This document shows, piece after piece, positions 12,820 through 25,679 of a DNA stretch of 64,000 bases. Where the stretch lies: the NCBI GenBank assembly GCA_021613535.1, contig CP075496.1, positions 8,928,001 to 8,992,000 on the forward strand, given 5' to 3'. Source of the stretch: Adineta vaga (taxonomy: Eukaryota; Animalia; Rotifera). The position numbers and the translations under genes were made by a program. The notes beneath the pieces were generated by a model. That model made no database searches and was not told the DNA's origin. It saw only the letters and a program-made list of their open reading frames with translations. Positions within the stretch are counted from its first letter, which is position 1. Each line of letters begins with the position of its first letter.

Positions 12820-15229
12820 ATGCGACACATTGATTGGCGAAGTTTGTAAGTATCCCATTCTATTGTTAAAGAAAAGACGTTCAGTTTATTGTGTAAATTA
12901 GTTTGACAACGGGCATATTGTCCATTTGTTTCATAGCACTTTGTGCCAATCGATTATTAGTATTTCATTATTATGGTAATAATATAAAATTTCCACCGTA
13001 CATCCTTTTCTGGATATGGATTATTATTACTCCTGATATTTTCGTTTTGATCATTCTATATATTTTATTGTTTTATATTGGATGGAAATATCCACAATAT
13101 GATACATATGGTATTCTATTAGGTTTATGTTTTGCAATATTTAGTCTTCTTGTTTTATCTTGCAATATTATCATGTTGACAGTAACAGGTATGTTTAAAA
13201 TTTTATTTTCATTTCTTATGAAATTGTAGAAGTTTATTAATTTTAAAATAAAATAGGTCATAATATAGAATGGAAGATTGTATTTGAAGTCGATTTTGCA
13301 GCAACGTACAGTTTATACGTACCGCATATATCTTCGTTTATATCTCTTTTAATCTCGTACTTGATTCTCGGATGTACTCTTTGGTCAATGATACATCGTT
13401 TTACTCAGAATCATATTAATTTTCATTTTATTTGCTTTAGCATTATTAAAATCTTGGTATTTTTTGCTATTCTTACATATATATTCATCACTATCTTGTT
13501 TCCTCTTCCACGCAAATATAACAATCTCTCATCGAATATAATATTAACATATTTTTCAGAATTATTAACATATTACTGGAAAACAATTGTATTTATGTCG
13601 TCTCATACACGTGAAACTGTATTAAATACTGTCACACAAGCAATTCGTGCACCATCTATTAATATTTCACATCCATTAGTTAGTTTAAAAAAACCTATTA
13701 AACATGTTTTACTTATTATTCTTGAATCTGTTCGTGCCGATACAATACCATTGAATAAAACGTTTGCTGAAACTGTTCACGCACGCTTTTCATCAGAAAT
13801 GACTGTCGATAAAGTTACACCATTTCTCAATTCATTGTGGAAAGATTCTGTTCATACAATTGCTTCCGCAACATCTTCATATACATTGAAAAGTCTTGTT
13901 AGCATCTTTTGTGGTATTTATCCATTGGCTGTTAATTTTCTAAAAGAAACAACGAAGACAAATACTTTATATGAGAAATGTTTACCTGAATTACTTCAAG
14001 AAACTTTTCAAACAAAGACTAACCAATCTATATTTCGTTCAGCTATATTCACTACAGCCCGTGGTGATTTTGATCATCAACGAGAATTATTTACTCAATT
14101 TAAATTCGATACTATCTACGATGCATCAGAAGTTTTTGATCATCTTGGATATTTACCTGATGTTGGCATGTTTGGTCCGGCTGATACAAATATTTTACCA
14201 TTACTTTGGAAATATATTGATAAAACATTGATTGACGGAGAAACCAGCCATTTATTTACGAGTTTATTACTTACTGGAACGCATGAACCTTTTACTTTAC
14301 CAGATGATTATTCTTCAAGCGAATATCAATATTTTATCGATGATTCATATGCTAATGCATTTCTCAATACTTTACATACTACTGATAAGTTAGTGAAGAA
14401 AATTATCCAGGGTTTTAAATCACGGCAACTTTATGATGAAACACTGTTCATTATAGTCAGCGATCATGGTTATGTATTCAATGATTATGGTAGTCAGATA
14501 CGAGGATTATTGAGTAATCCGTTAGAATCGGCTTTTTCAGTTCCATTAATGTTTCATAATACTTATCTTACAGCTAGAGAACTAACTGGTCAATTTACTA
14601 CAATGGATATACTACCAACAACTATGGATCTATTACTATCATCGACAAAATCGAAGAAAAAATCTACCAATCAATTGTTATCAGTTTCACAAACACGATT
14701 ACGATCGATATTATCTCAATACGAGGGAACATCAATCCTTCGAATGCAACATGAACAACAGCCTGTTCGATTTACATTTAGTTTAGCAAATCCTGGTAAT
14801 GCATTTATTATTGCTAGACAATATCCAAGAAAATTATCATATGATGTAACGAATGACGAAGTACATTTATATAATCTCGAATATGATCAAGCTGAATCGA
14901 TCGATTTACTTACTTTGGATTCTAATGAAATAACAAAATATCCATCGTGGATCGATGTGAAAGATATTGAACAATCGATACGTATATGGAAAGGACGTTG
15001 GTTTAGTGATACAATTAATATAGGTGTTTTTAGTCAAATATTATCAAAAGATAAGAATGTTAGATCAAGATTGAAATCAAATATTTTCAAGGAAGTCAAA
15101 CTTGATCTGAATGATATGATAGATTGGGCAGAACAAACATTTGAATTGACTCGTCTATGGGTGAGACTTATCAGAAAACGTTATCACAATGCTACAAAAA
15201 TATCTGCTGATAACCAGACAACTGACTAA
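12820..15229 (+). CDS. Multi-TM sulfatase/LTA-synthase-like (alkaline phosphatase superfamily) enzyme with Thr nucleophile, fungal-like
   Basis: Introns 12846-12901 and 13189-13256 join several TM helices to IKHVLLIILESVRAD, TSSYTLKSL..CG, LTGTHEPF, IIVSDHG and DILPT. Confidence 0.8.
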
Positions 15230-15441
15230 TTATTGAATTATTTACTTTCTATGTTATCTTTCAAAATATAACTGTATATGATACAGGGTGAACTAATTAT
15301 ATTATTCTCTCTTATATGTTTTCTCTATTAGGCAAGAATAAAAATATCGATGAATGTTATTGAAGAAAGTTCTTAGATAAATACTCTATATGTAAAAAAA
15401 AGTATACATTTGAATTAGTTCTATCAGACAATAAGATCGCA

Positions 15442-16743
15442 TCAGCAGTCATTATTTTCTTCTAAAAAACTCTTCAAATATTGTGCAGCTGGTGGTAGAT
15501 AATATACAATTCGGTAAATTGTTTGATTATCTAATCCTTTCACTTGTTCATTAGTAACTGTCCATATATAATCTGTTAATAATTTTCTTCTTGCAAGAAT
15601 ATGTTTTGCATTAGGTAATCTTTGTGGTATTTCAATACCTAACACATCGCATATATTTTTACTCAATCGTTCATGACTAACAGATGTATTCGACTTGGAG
15701 TTAATATCCATCGCGTGAAATAAGTCAGTTATGCGTTGTGTTTTCAATATATTTACTCGCATCATTAGTTTATGTGTTATATCATGTGCCATTAAACGAA
15801 TGTTATGATCAGATTGACCTACTTGTGAATAGATACCACAAGGAACAAATTGAATAACATCATTAGCACACATTCTATGTCGATAGGCATAGATATAAGC
15901 TTCTGTTTGAATTGCTGTTTCAACACCGAATCCATGTGGTATATCAATATGTGTTATGAATTCTAGATTAGCTCCGTATATACCTGCTAATTGTGCAGGA
16001 TGTTCAGTAATATCTCGCAGATATGAACTCAATAATGCATCGCGCATTGGTCACCATGTAAATCGGCTAGCTCGTCCACCACTTGTCAATGCTCCATTAT
16101 CTTCACCTTTTCTAGTTAAACGTGATACAAATGGAAGAATAAGTTTCAAAGATGGCTTTTCAACAAATGCACGAAGAATTTGCATGAGTTCAATAATACT
16201 CAAACCTACATCAGTATCAGCAAATATAACTAAATGTTTAGTTGGATCTTTCTCAGTACGTAATGCATTCATTATACCAAACCACATATTTGTACCTTTA
16301 TGATGTATTTCATCAGGAATTTTATATTCTACTCCACATTCTTCTGCTTTAAAAAGTGGAACATTCATTTCTTGTACTATTTCTCGAGTATTATCATTTG
16401 AAGAATTGTCATAGACTGCAATATTTCCAAGTTGAAATTCACGAAAGAACATCATTTGTTCAAGCGTTCTACCAATATTGATCGCTTCATTACGTGCCGG
16501 TAAGATGATCGATGCACGAAGTCCTTTTCCACGCATAAGAGCAATTGTTTCTAACATGGATTGAGGAGTTGGTAGACTTCGATTTAACCATGCATAGTTT
16601 GGATAGAAATCTGGATCATTAGGATAACCTTCTAAACGTTTCTGAATACCCGAATGTTCAAATATCATTTGCACCACATCATAATCTTTCGGTGTTAAAA
16701 GATTTTGAAATTGAACACTTTTTTTCGAATAAATAAATTTCAT
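15442..16743 (-). CDS. Glucosyl-3-phosphoglycerate synthase (GpgS/MpgS, GT81-like GT-A fold) homolog interrupted by one in-frame TGA (16051-16053); pseudogene or readthrough
   Basis: Two ORFs in the same frame: SIILPARNEA, YDNSSNDNT, KGTNMW, FADTD (DxD), GGRASRFTW*PM, QLAGIYG and GFGVE. These parallel the GpgS motifs LPALNEE, DSD, GGRVTELVARP, QPLSGEYA and GYGVE. Confidence 0.75.
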
Positions 16744-17168
16744 ATTGATGTATAGAATTATAACGAAATTAATAATTTGATCTTTTGATACGCAGGTTTT
16801 CTTTCAAAAATATATCGTATATGGACAAAAATAAGAGTGATATAAACACACATATTTATTTACTCGATTTTTTCGCTCTTCTTTATTTGCTAAAAAAAAG
16901 TAATCAACCGAATCGTTATCACCGAAAAACAAGTATGCGAGGTATACTTGTTTTTTTTATGAAATTATTTCTGTCGAACTTATAAATAATCATGTACATA
17001 TATATATATTTGTCCTTAAATGTAGTTAATCACCATGACTTGAGAGCATTACTCAGCAATACATTAAATCGATTTACATGTTTATAATTAATGACAAGAG
17101 ATATTCTTTTATCAAAATTAGATTTAACGAATTGATAATTGAAAGCTTTTATTTACTACATAGATAAA

Positions 17169-19618
17169 TTAAGTCGATATCAATGAAGGGAGAATGTCCG
17201 TGTTAGATAGATGATTTACTATAGTTTGTTGATCCTTTTGTCTTCGAACTAAAGTTGGAATAGCAAATAGGATAGCACCACTTATCACTACAAAACCACC
17301 AAAAACAAAATAAGACCATAAAAATGGATTTGCATGTGATTCAAATGCGTCACGCATTGCGCCTAAATAGAAAACAAAAGAATCAAAAAAATCAATAATC
17401 AGAAAAAAACATCAAACAAATTACCAGCTACTGGTGTTCCTATAGCAGTTGCAATACCTTGAAAAAGTAAAATAATACCCATTCCATTGGATAGTTTATA
17501 AAGACCAACAAGATCAACAGTAATAACTGACGTTAAACCAATATAACCACCAGAAAAGAAACCAAAAAATGAAGCATAAATTATATGAGGAAGAATATGA
17601 GAACCACTATATGGTGCAACAATTGTTGCAATACCAGCAATAATTAGTGTTACATTGTACAAGATTAAACGATTGACCTGAAATAAAAATTAAAAACTAT
17701 AAATTCAATCATTTATTCGTCATTCATACCCATGTTCGATCGGCTAAGTAACCGATTATAATATGACCAACACATGTTGAAAATCCAATAGCCATAATAA
17801 CAAATTTTCGATGATTTTCTTCGACATGTGAATCTTTTGCAAGATCATGTGCAAAATTATACGGAACAAAAAAGCCAAGACTGGACAAAAAATTTGATAA
17901 TGTAAATAAAGCAAATGCATGATTTTTCAATAGTTTTAAATTAATTTGCGTTAATAATTGTCTAATAATTGATTCTGATTCTTCGTCATCATACGTCGTC
18001 GTTGTACCGTTACGTAAATGTTCATTTCTTAGTTTATTGGATTGATTTATTTTATCATTATAATGATCACCATCAAGTAATGTATTCGGTAAAGATATTC
18101 GACGTAAACTACCTTTATATAAAACATTATGTTGAATTGTTTCGATAGATCGAAGTTGTGTTGTAGACAATTTTGATAAAGATTTCCATCCATGCTCACT
18201 ACTTGTACTACCATTTGGCGTTTCAGGTACAGCTTGTAAAAATGATGGTGATGTATAACGTCGATCATATGATGAACGTCGACGATCATTGCAATTCTTT
18301 TTTGTTGATGTTTCAAGAAAAGGCAAACTAAATAAAGAAACTAAAGTTAAGAAAAGAATAAGTAAGTTTTATTAATGTAATTCTTTTAGATCAAAAATTT
18401 TGCTTTCAATCATCATAAATTATGAAAGATATCTTGAAGTATCAAATCATGATATCGTTTTGATGTGAAATCGTAAAATAAATCTCTATATTCTATTAAC
18501 CATCATAAAACATGTTTATATCAATAGATTAGAAAAAAAGTGGTCCTCGATATATTTTGATTTGAATTCACTGCTTTTTCTTATACATACCATAGAGTAG
18601 AACTTTCAAGATAAACGTACCTTTGTTGGTCTGTAAGTGATCGATTTGTTTTATTAGTATTGTATAAGGTAACTGTTGTTTTATTAGCTTGTCGTTTGGC
18701 TTCTGCTCGTAATTTCAATCGTGTACGACGTTGTTCGCTGAGTTCAATCGGTAGAGGAACCTAAATAAATATTTATATCAAATTAGAAAATAAAAGAATT
18801 AATTGTTTACCATAAGAAAACCAAAAATAGCACATAGGAAAAGAAGAATTGATTCAAGTAGTAGAGCACCTTTATAATCATTCGAAAAGAATCGTTCCAT
18901 CATCCAAGGTATAAAGAATGGAAATGCAATTGTTCCTAAACCTGATCCACAATCTGCAATACCTATTGCAAATGAACGTTTTCGTTCAAAATAATATCCA
19001 ACAGACACAATTGCTGGTAAATACATAAGACCACAACCAATACCTAAATGGAATGAGAGAAATTTGAGAAGAAAATATCGAAAATATTCCAGTGATACCT
19101 GCAATTAAACCAATTGTTATATAATAATAATAAACATTAGTCCACCATCGACTAAGAAAGAAACCAAATGATGCTAGAATTCCGCCAACAATTGTAATTC
19201 TTCGAGAACCAAATGTATTTGTGAAAACTGTCGAAATAGGTGCTAAAAAAATGAAACCAATATCTTCGACAAAAGATTAATCATGTATTATTTTAACAAA
19301 CCTGCAGCTAAAGTAATTGACTCTAAGAAAGCAAAAATAATTGAAACATAACCTCGATTATAACGTAAACTAATTAACATGGGTTCCAAATAAATATCAC
19401 CCATGGAATAAGTAATTCTATATTAACAGAATATCTGTGAATTGAAAATACAAGAAATAACTAACTTACCCATCCATAATAAAATGGATCATAAAAGATG
19501 AAAAGACAATAACCCATCCCCAACCACCATCTGGAACGACTGGTTTGGAAATTGTCTGTGTCCTATGACTACTATTCGGTGGATCTGATAGGTCATTATC
19601 ATTCAACTCAGAAATCAT
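17169..19618 (-). CDS. MFS monocarboxylate transporter (SLC16 family), multi-exon
   Basis: VPDGGWGWVIVFSSF, GLMYLPAIVSVGYYFERKRSFAIGIADCGSGLG, and C-terminal TMs VDLVGL..LSNGMG; many short GT..AG introns. Confidence 0.92.
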
Positions 19619-20762
19619 CTCTCTATTTACCTCGAACATATAATTCAAAAAGAAAACTGAAAGTTAATATGAAGTATAATTGTTTTATAACAAGACTATA
19701 TACACCACATTGTCAGAATATTGTTGCTTTTTTTACTTTCTGTACTTGTCCTTTTCAATAGAAGAAAAAAACAAAGATAACGATTCTTCGTCACATTATA
19801 CCTGAATAAAAAAGAATAAAAAATAACGAATTATACGCAAACATATGAGTAGAGAAACAGAATCAAATATTAGTTGTTTTTCTCCGTTACTAATCGATTT
19901 TATACATAACACACGTCTACTGTGCAAGGATATGTTAAAAGTATTTATCGGACAAATAGTTGTGTAGTAAATATCGTATATTATTCAGAGAAGAAACAAT
20001 TTAATGAACTAGATTGTTATATAGGTCAGTTTTGATCGATTGCTAGCAACAATATGAAATCCATCTCTGATATATCTTGGACAACTACTATGACGGAGTT
20101 TTTTTTCTTCTTAACTTTCCTGCAGAGCAAGGTCTGAAGTTTTGAGAAAAGAAAAGAAGTTGAAGGTAATGTCTTAGTAATAAATATAAATCCAACATGT
20201 TTAAGATGCGGTTGGCATACTTTGATGGTTAAATTAACGAAGCCTGAATTGCATTCATTGGATTCTATGAAAAAGTCTTATGTTCTTCTTTACTTCGATG
20301 ATAGTGAGGTCCTTTTTATCATTGAATAAATGTATATAGGTATTGCAATACGTCGGAGGATTGAAAAATGAACAATATTTGAGGCAAATTCTATACTGGA
20401 TGGGAAAAAAGGAGATATTCTTATTTTTTCACTATCGTACACACTTGAATGTGTGTTAAAAACAATGAATGATGAATGTCGCTGAACCAACGTCTGTCTA
20501 ACTTTGAATATACAATATACATATAAAAGAAAATATTCGAGCAACTACAAACAATCGAACATTCGCACGTTTTCTCTGGTACTTCTGTCCAAATAATGTC
20601 TATCTAACGATATACAAATCAACTGTAGACACTGTACTGTCTCATTCTTTTAGAAGTGTTTCAATGGAAAGAAAGTAAAACACACACTATATGAGTGTAT
20701 ATACATGTATTGAAAACAATAACTAGAAAATCAGTAAATAATGAATGTTTTCATAATAATAA

Positions 20763-21737
20763 TTATGAACTATTCGTTTTATTTTCAGTAGTTTTTTTAA
20801 TATAATCATCGTAAGTCGGCAATATGAACGATTGTTCTTGAGTTTCGACTGATGATTGCAGAGACAATTCATTGTATGCTGGTGGTAAAGGTGAAGGAGA
20901 TTGTTCAGTGAAGGTAATTCTGATTGATTCTGAAAGTAGTAGTTGATTTGATGCAGGAACATTTATTGGTGTGTATACTAGAACAGAATTTGGTAACGTT
21001 GTACTAAGACTTGGATCGATTGTTTGTCTATTTGTATTATTAGTATTGTTTTCTTGATTCGACGTTATACAAGTTTTATAGCAGCATCGAAGGCAGCACA
21101 TAATAATAGGCAGACTTAGGATGATTCTAGACCATATTTTGTAAAACCGTGCTGTGGTATCATGCTGTTCTGTGAAACTTGTACAGTAATTTTGAGATCC
21201 ACATATTTGATGATCTAGAAAAATAAATAAACGAAGCATCAACTATATATCCAAAGCAATGTATTTTGATAAATTACGAGAACAACACCATATATTCGGC
21301 AGTCGACCACATGTTCGATCTAAAGTGAAGATATAAAGAGAATTTATTTACGATAGATTTACTATTCAGTACCCTGAATGAAAAGCTGAATTGTAAACAT
21401 CTATGCAAACAATCCTCATCTCAACGAAAACTTTCATACCTCCGAGACATATATTTTTGACATAATATGAAATATCATCATATTTTTTATCGTAAGTTTT
21501 CGCAATCGAAGGTTCAGAAAACTTCGGGTTTCGATATCTTGCTTCCATTGATTGTAAGCGTGGTTGGTTTATTTTGTCTGCATCTGACAGTGATAGTACG
21601 CGTCGAAAACTATCTTTCAAATGTGATCGTTGAGTTGTGGCAGAATATGCTTTAGTAGAATAGTCTTCGATGTACTCTTCAGATCGTATTGATTTTAATT
21701 GTAATAAGATAAAAATGAAACTTGAATAATATCTCAT
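20763..21737 (-). CDS. Single-pass membrane protein with Cys-rich ectodomain and PPxY/LPxY motifs (WBP1/VOPP1/Shisa-like)
   Basis: Signal peptide; a small phase-1 exon at about 21278-21319 gives DRTCGRLPNIWCCS, continuing as HQICGSQNYC; TM followed by CCLRCC; cytoplasmic PPAY and LPTY. Confidence 0.6.
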
Positions 21738-23250
21738 TGTTTTAATTAAGATATTTTGACAGACAATGTTATATAAATCAATTAATTTTTATCAAAAATA
21801 TGGTTAAATAAATCGTAACTCCATACAATGTTTCATTTGTATTTCTAAATTTTCGATCTCATTTTATAGGAGAAAAGAATATTATCATTCAACAGTTAAA
21901 ATCTATTTTCTCTCTTCATGTAGTATAGATTTCAAATGAAGACAAAATTATTCCCATACTGATAAGAAAAGAAATATCATTCCAGCAGTCAATTCTGAGT
22001 CATACATCATGGGGAACAAAGGAAAAAAAATCGACATTCTCTCTCGTATGCATAACAATTACCTAGTGTATTTTTACGTTTTTGTTCTTGTTCGTTTGAT
22101 GCACATGGAATTTGCACCTTTTCTTTTTAAATAGGTACTTTAAATTATGCTATTTTGACGCAAACTGAATTTACATCGCTTCGGTTCTTTTCTATAAAGT
22201 AACAGTCTACCCAAGAAATTCTGTATCTTATATACATATTTTATCTATGAATATTAACGACGTTGTGAATGTGTTTCAGTTAAGTAAACGAGAGGAAGTG
22301 TGTTTTAGCACTATACTGATTCACTTCTTATTGAATTATATTAAAGATTATTCACACACTTACAATAGTCATCAGTTTAGTTTTATGTACATTCGAATAT
22401 AGTACAAATAGATGAATTTCATCAGCAGACTGTTGTCTGAGTACTTTCGTTCTTAAAAATATGCTAATATTTGAAGAAAAAAGAATACAGCTTTCATCAG
22501 AGCGTTCATATACTTAAAAAAGTTCAATAATGCTAAGAATTATGTTGCAATCATATTAATGTGATGAAATGGCGACGATGAAATTGCATATGAGTATATC
22601 CGTTCTGTAACATCTGCTCGTTTTTAAAAGAAAATTAATGTCTTAGTGTACCATAGTTTTAGAAATTTTTTCTTATCGTGAAAAAGTCTACTAATATGGT
22701 TTAATGTGCAAAAATAAATCTCAATAATTATCATGATTATACTTTAAATACGAAATAAAAGACTAGAAAAAGAAAAAAAAATTATACTCAAATTTTAACT
22801 TTTAATCTGACAAATTAACACTGTAACGGTCTGGGTTTTCTATCATGAAATAGAGTTTACACAGCATACCATACTATGTGCAATGTTTTGAAACATTGTC
22901 AAGTACGTGACTAACAACCGAGAGTCTGATTTCGATCCGTAATGAAAAAAACATATGTGAAAAAGACAATTCATAGATGGAAGATTATTATGCAATGACA
23001 ACATATTTTTTATTGTTTTTCAATGACACAAAAGAGTTACATACATCAATAATATCGATCAGAGAATTCTATTTTGATCGATATTAGAATAACCGAACGA
23101 ATAGATGATGAGTAAAACGGATGATAGCTAAGTTATTCTTTAAACTCAGAAAGCATAATTGACACACAATTCAATCCAATGATAAATATTACAAGAAATT
23201 GTTTGTATAGAATCAATTTCACTTTAAGTTCATTTGTTTTGAATAATTGA

Positions 23251-24213
23251 TTAACGATTGGTTTGTAAAGCAATACCTATAGATGATTTCATTCGACATG
23301 GTCTCCGAAAGATTTTTCTTAATTTTTGTTTTAAATCTGGTAAGGAATTTAAACAAACAAATGGTAATGAGAATAATAGCCAATATGTAATAAAAAAGAA
23401 ATATAGTTGTAAATCAACACCAACATCAGCTGGTAAACCAAGCATATGAGCAATGTACATCACTGTAATTGGTAAATTAAAAATAATAAATACTGAAGAA
23501 ATCAATAACATTTGAATAGTCATTTTACGATGCTTTCGCCATTGAATTGCTTGTTGACGTAAACGTTTTTCGACAATCACTCGAATTACTAAAGCTATGT
23601 TAAATATAGCAATAATCATTGTCAACATACACCCATGTACACCTAATTCATATGGACCAAGAAATGGATCATTTAAATAACATGGAACAGCACCACATAC
23701 TGGTAAATCATATATATATTTACTTTCACAAGATAAGAAGAATAAGATCCATGTATAATAAGTAATAGCATAAACAATGATCAGTCCTAAAGGTAGATAA
23801 TGTGCAAAAACTCGTCGTTTTCGAGTTGCTAACCATGATGGACAAAATATTAGAATATGTCGTTCAATTGAAGCCCATGCAGTTAACATACTACATGTAT
23901 AGTAAAAACCAAGATCAACAACCCACCAAATAAGACAATGACCTGGTATTGATGGCCAAACTTTTCCAACACGAATGAAATTTAAATATAATGGAACATC
24001 AATACAGATGAAAATAAATCCAGTTATATTTAAAAGAATAATTGTATGAGTATTTAATGAACGACGTTGATTAGAATCCATAATAAAATGATAAAGAATA
24101 AAGATTGAACATGAAAGTGCTGGAATTTCTGATACGAATAAAAGCCAAAATCGAATTGTACGGGATAGTGAAACTTCACGTGAACTGTATGTTGAACTGG
24201 TTTCGTTGTCCAT
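23251..24213 (-). CDS. Rhodopsin-like 7TM GPCR (orphan, intronless)
   Basis: Seven hydrophobic segments; WASIERH (DRY equivalent); RKMTIQML; FNLP; LPFVCL. Confidence 0.88.
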   Translation of the reverse strand: MDNETSSTYSSREVSLSRTIRFWLLFVSEIPALSCSIFILYHFIMDSNQRRSLNTHTIILLNITGFIFICIDVPLYLNFIRVGKVWPSIPGHCLIWWVVDLGFYYTCSMLTAWASIERHILIFCPSWLATRKRRVFAHYLPLGLIIVYAITYYTWILFFLSCESKYIYDLPVCGAVPCYLNDPFLGPYELGVHGCMLTMIIAIFNIALVIRVIVEKRLRQQAIQWRKHRKMTIQMLLISSVFIIFNLPITVMYIAHMLGLPADVGVDLQLYFFFITYWLLFSLPFVCLNSLPDLKQKLRKIFRRPCRMKSSIGIALQTNR

Positions 24214-25679
24214 CTTATTCGATTACTTCTTTTGAAAGAATTATATATTCTTTGTGGTTATAAAGAATAATGCTTTTGATTATTTCTATGCAAGATTTTA
24301 TAATTCTTGGAATGAAACGAGATGGAATACAAAGGAAATAAACAGAATGAGGTTAATAGTTATCAGTTTCAGTACTAAAATTAGTATCTTCTCCCACTTG
24401 TCATAGATCTACTCCTCTTACTCTCTCATATGGTTGACATAACGTGAAGGCTTAGATAGGAAGTTCCTCAAATCTGTCATTGAAAGATATTTTTATGCTA
24501 ACCAAAGAAGCTTCACTTCATTCATGTCTTTAAATAAATGTTGAAGTGTAAAAGAGAATCTCATCTATGATAATATATGATAACGTAAATGGTTAGCATC
24601 TACCTTATGAACTGCTAAGTTTTCCTTTGATCTTTAATGGAAACACGCAATGGTGTCACATTAGTAATAAAAGCTGAAGGAAAAACAATAGAAGACTGAA
24701 AACGCACTATAGTATCATTCATTATACATTCAACAATATCAGAGTACTATAAGCATGTATCCAGTAAGAGTGCAACAGCAACAATATCATGTTCAACAGT
24801 AAAATTGTCTATTGATAGCTATTCTTCTAGAAAAAGCAATTTCATAATAATCAGTATAAGATAAAAAAAAAGTCATTTAACGGAAATCAGTTTATAAGAA
24901 GACTAATTTAACGGTAACTGAGATGTATCGATACACGAATAATCCATAATTGCTTTTCTGAATAAATCTCTTCAAGAGAATGTACTGATATATAGTAAAT
25001 ATCAATGCAAACCAATATTTGCTTGGATATTCTGTCATTCACTAATTCGTGCGCAGGTGAAGTTTGCTTTTATATTAGAAAATTCAAAGTATGCATCATG
25101 AAGTTGCTTATTAACACTTTAGAAGAGAAACACGTAATAAACCATATCAATATTTACTTTCTGTGGGGATTTTTTACGTCGTCCTATAATCAAAATTTTA
25201 AATAGAAATATAAATAATGACTCGTTCGAACTGAAATAACACTACATAATACTCTCAAAAACTTGGTCTTCAATACTAATGGAGTATGCAACAGCACGAT
25301 CAAGACGCAAACGGTCATGTTCTGATACCATGAGCTCATAATTTCTTTAATTTGTAAACAATTGGAGTGTACTAGTGTATACTTAAAGTATACTCTTTTA
25401 CGTCAGCTAAGAATGAATTAAAAATAAAAGTCAATCATTTTTAAGAACTGGATTTCAATATTTTTTTTATTAACTGGGAATAAAAATGGACCAACAAGTT
25501 TATTTCACCCTAGAATTCATTACCATAGAAAGATTTATATACAAGATAATTTTAGCAAAAGTAAAATGTTCGTGAAATTTAATTCCACATCTAAGAATTT
25601 ATATTTACAAAAAATTATTGATCATAAATAAACTGATGTGTCGAAGAATATTTTAAAATCGTTCTTCGTTCGAAACCAT

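Noticed and set aside
17169-19618. Idea that the SLC16 transporter supplies glycerate to the adjacent GpgS-like enzyme
   Set aside because: Supported only by adjacency; it is an ordinary intron-rich metazoan gene, and GpgS uses cytosolic 3-phosphoglycerate.
20290-20410. Possible non-autonomous transposon relic (similar impressions at about 3820-4150, 9740-9950 and 29800-29950)
   Set aside because: No partner terminal inverted repeat or target-site duplication found in the window; needs a repeat library.
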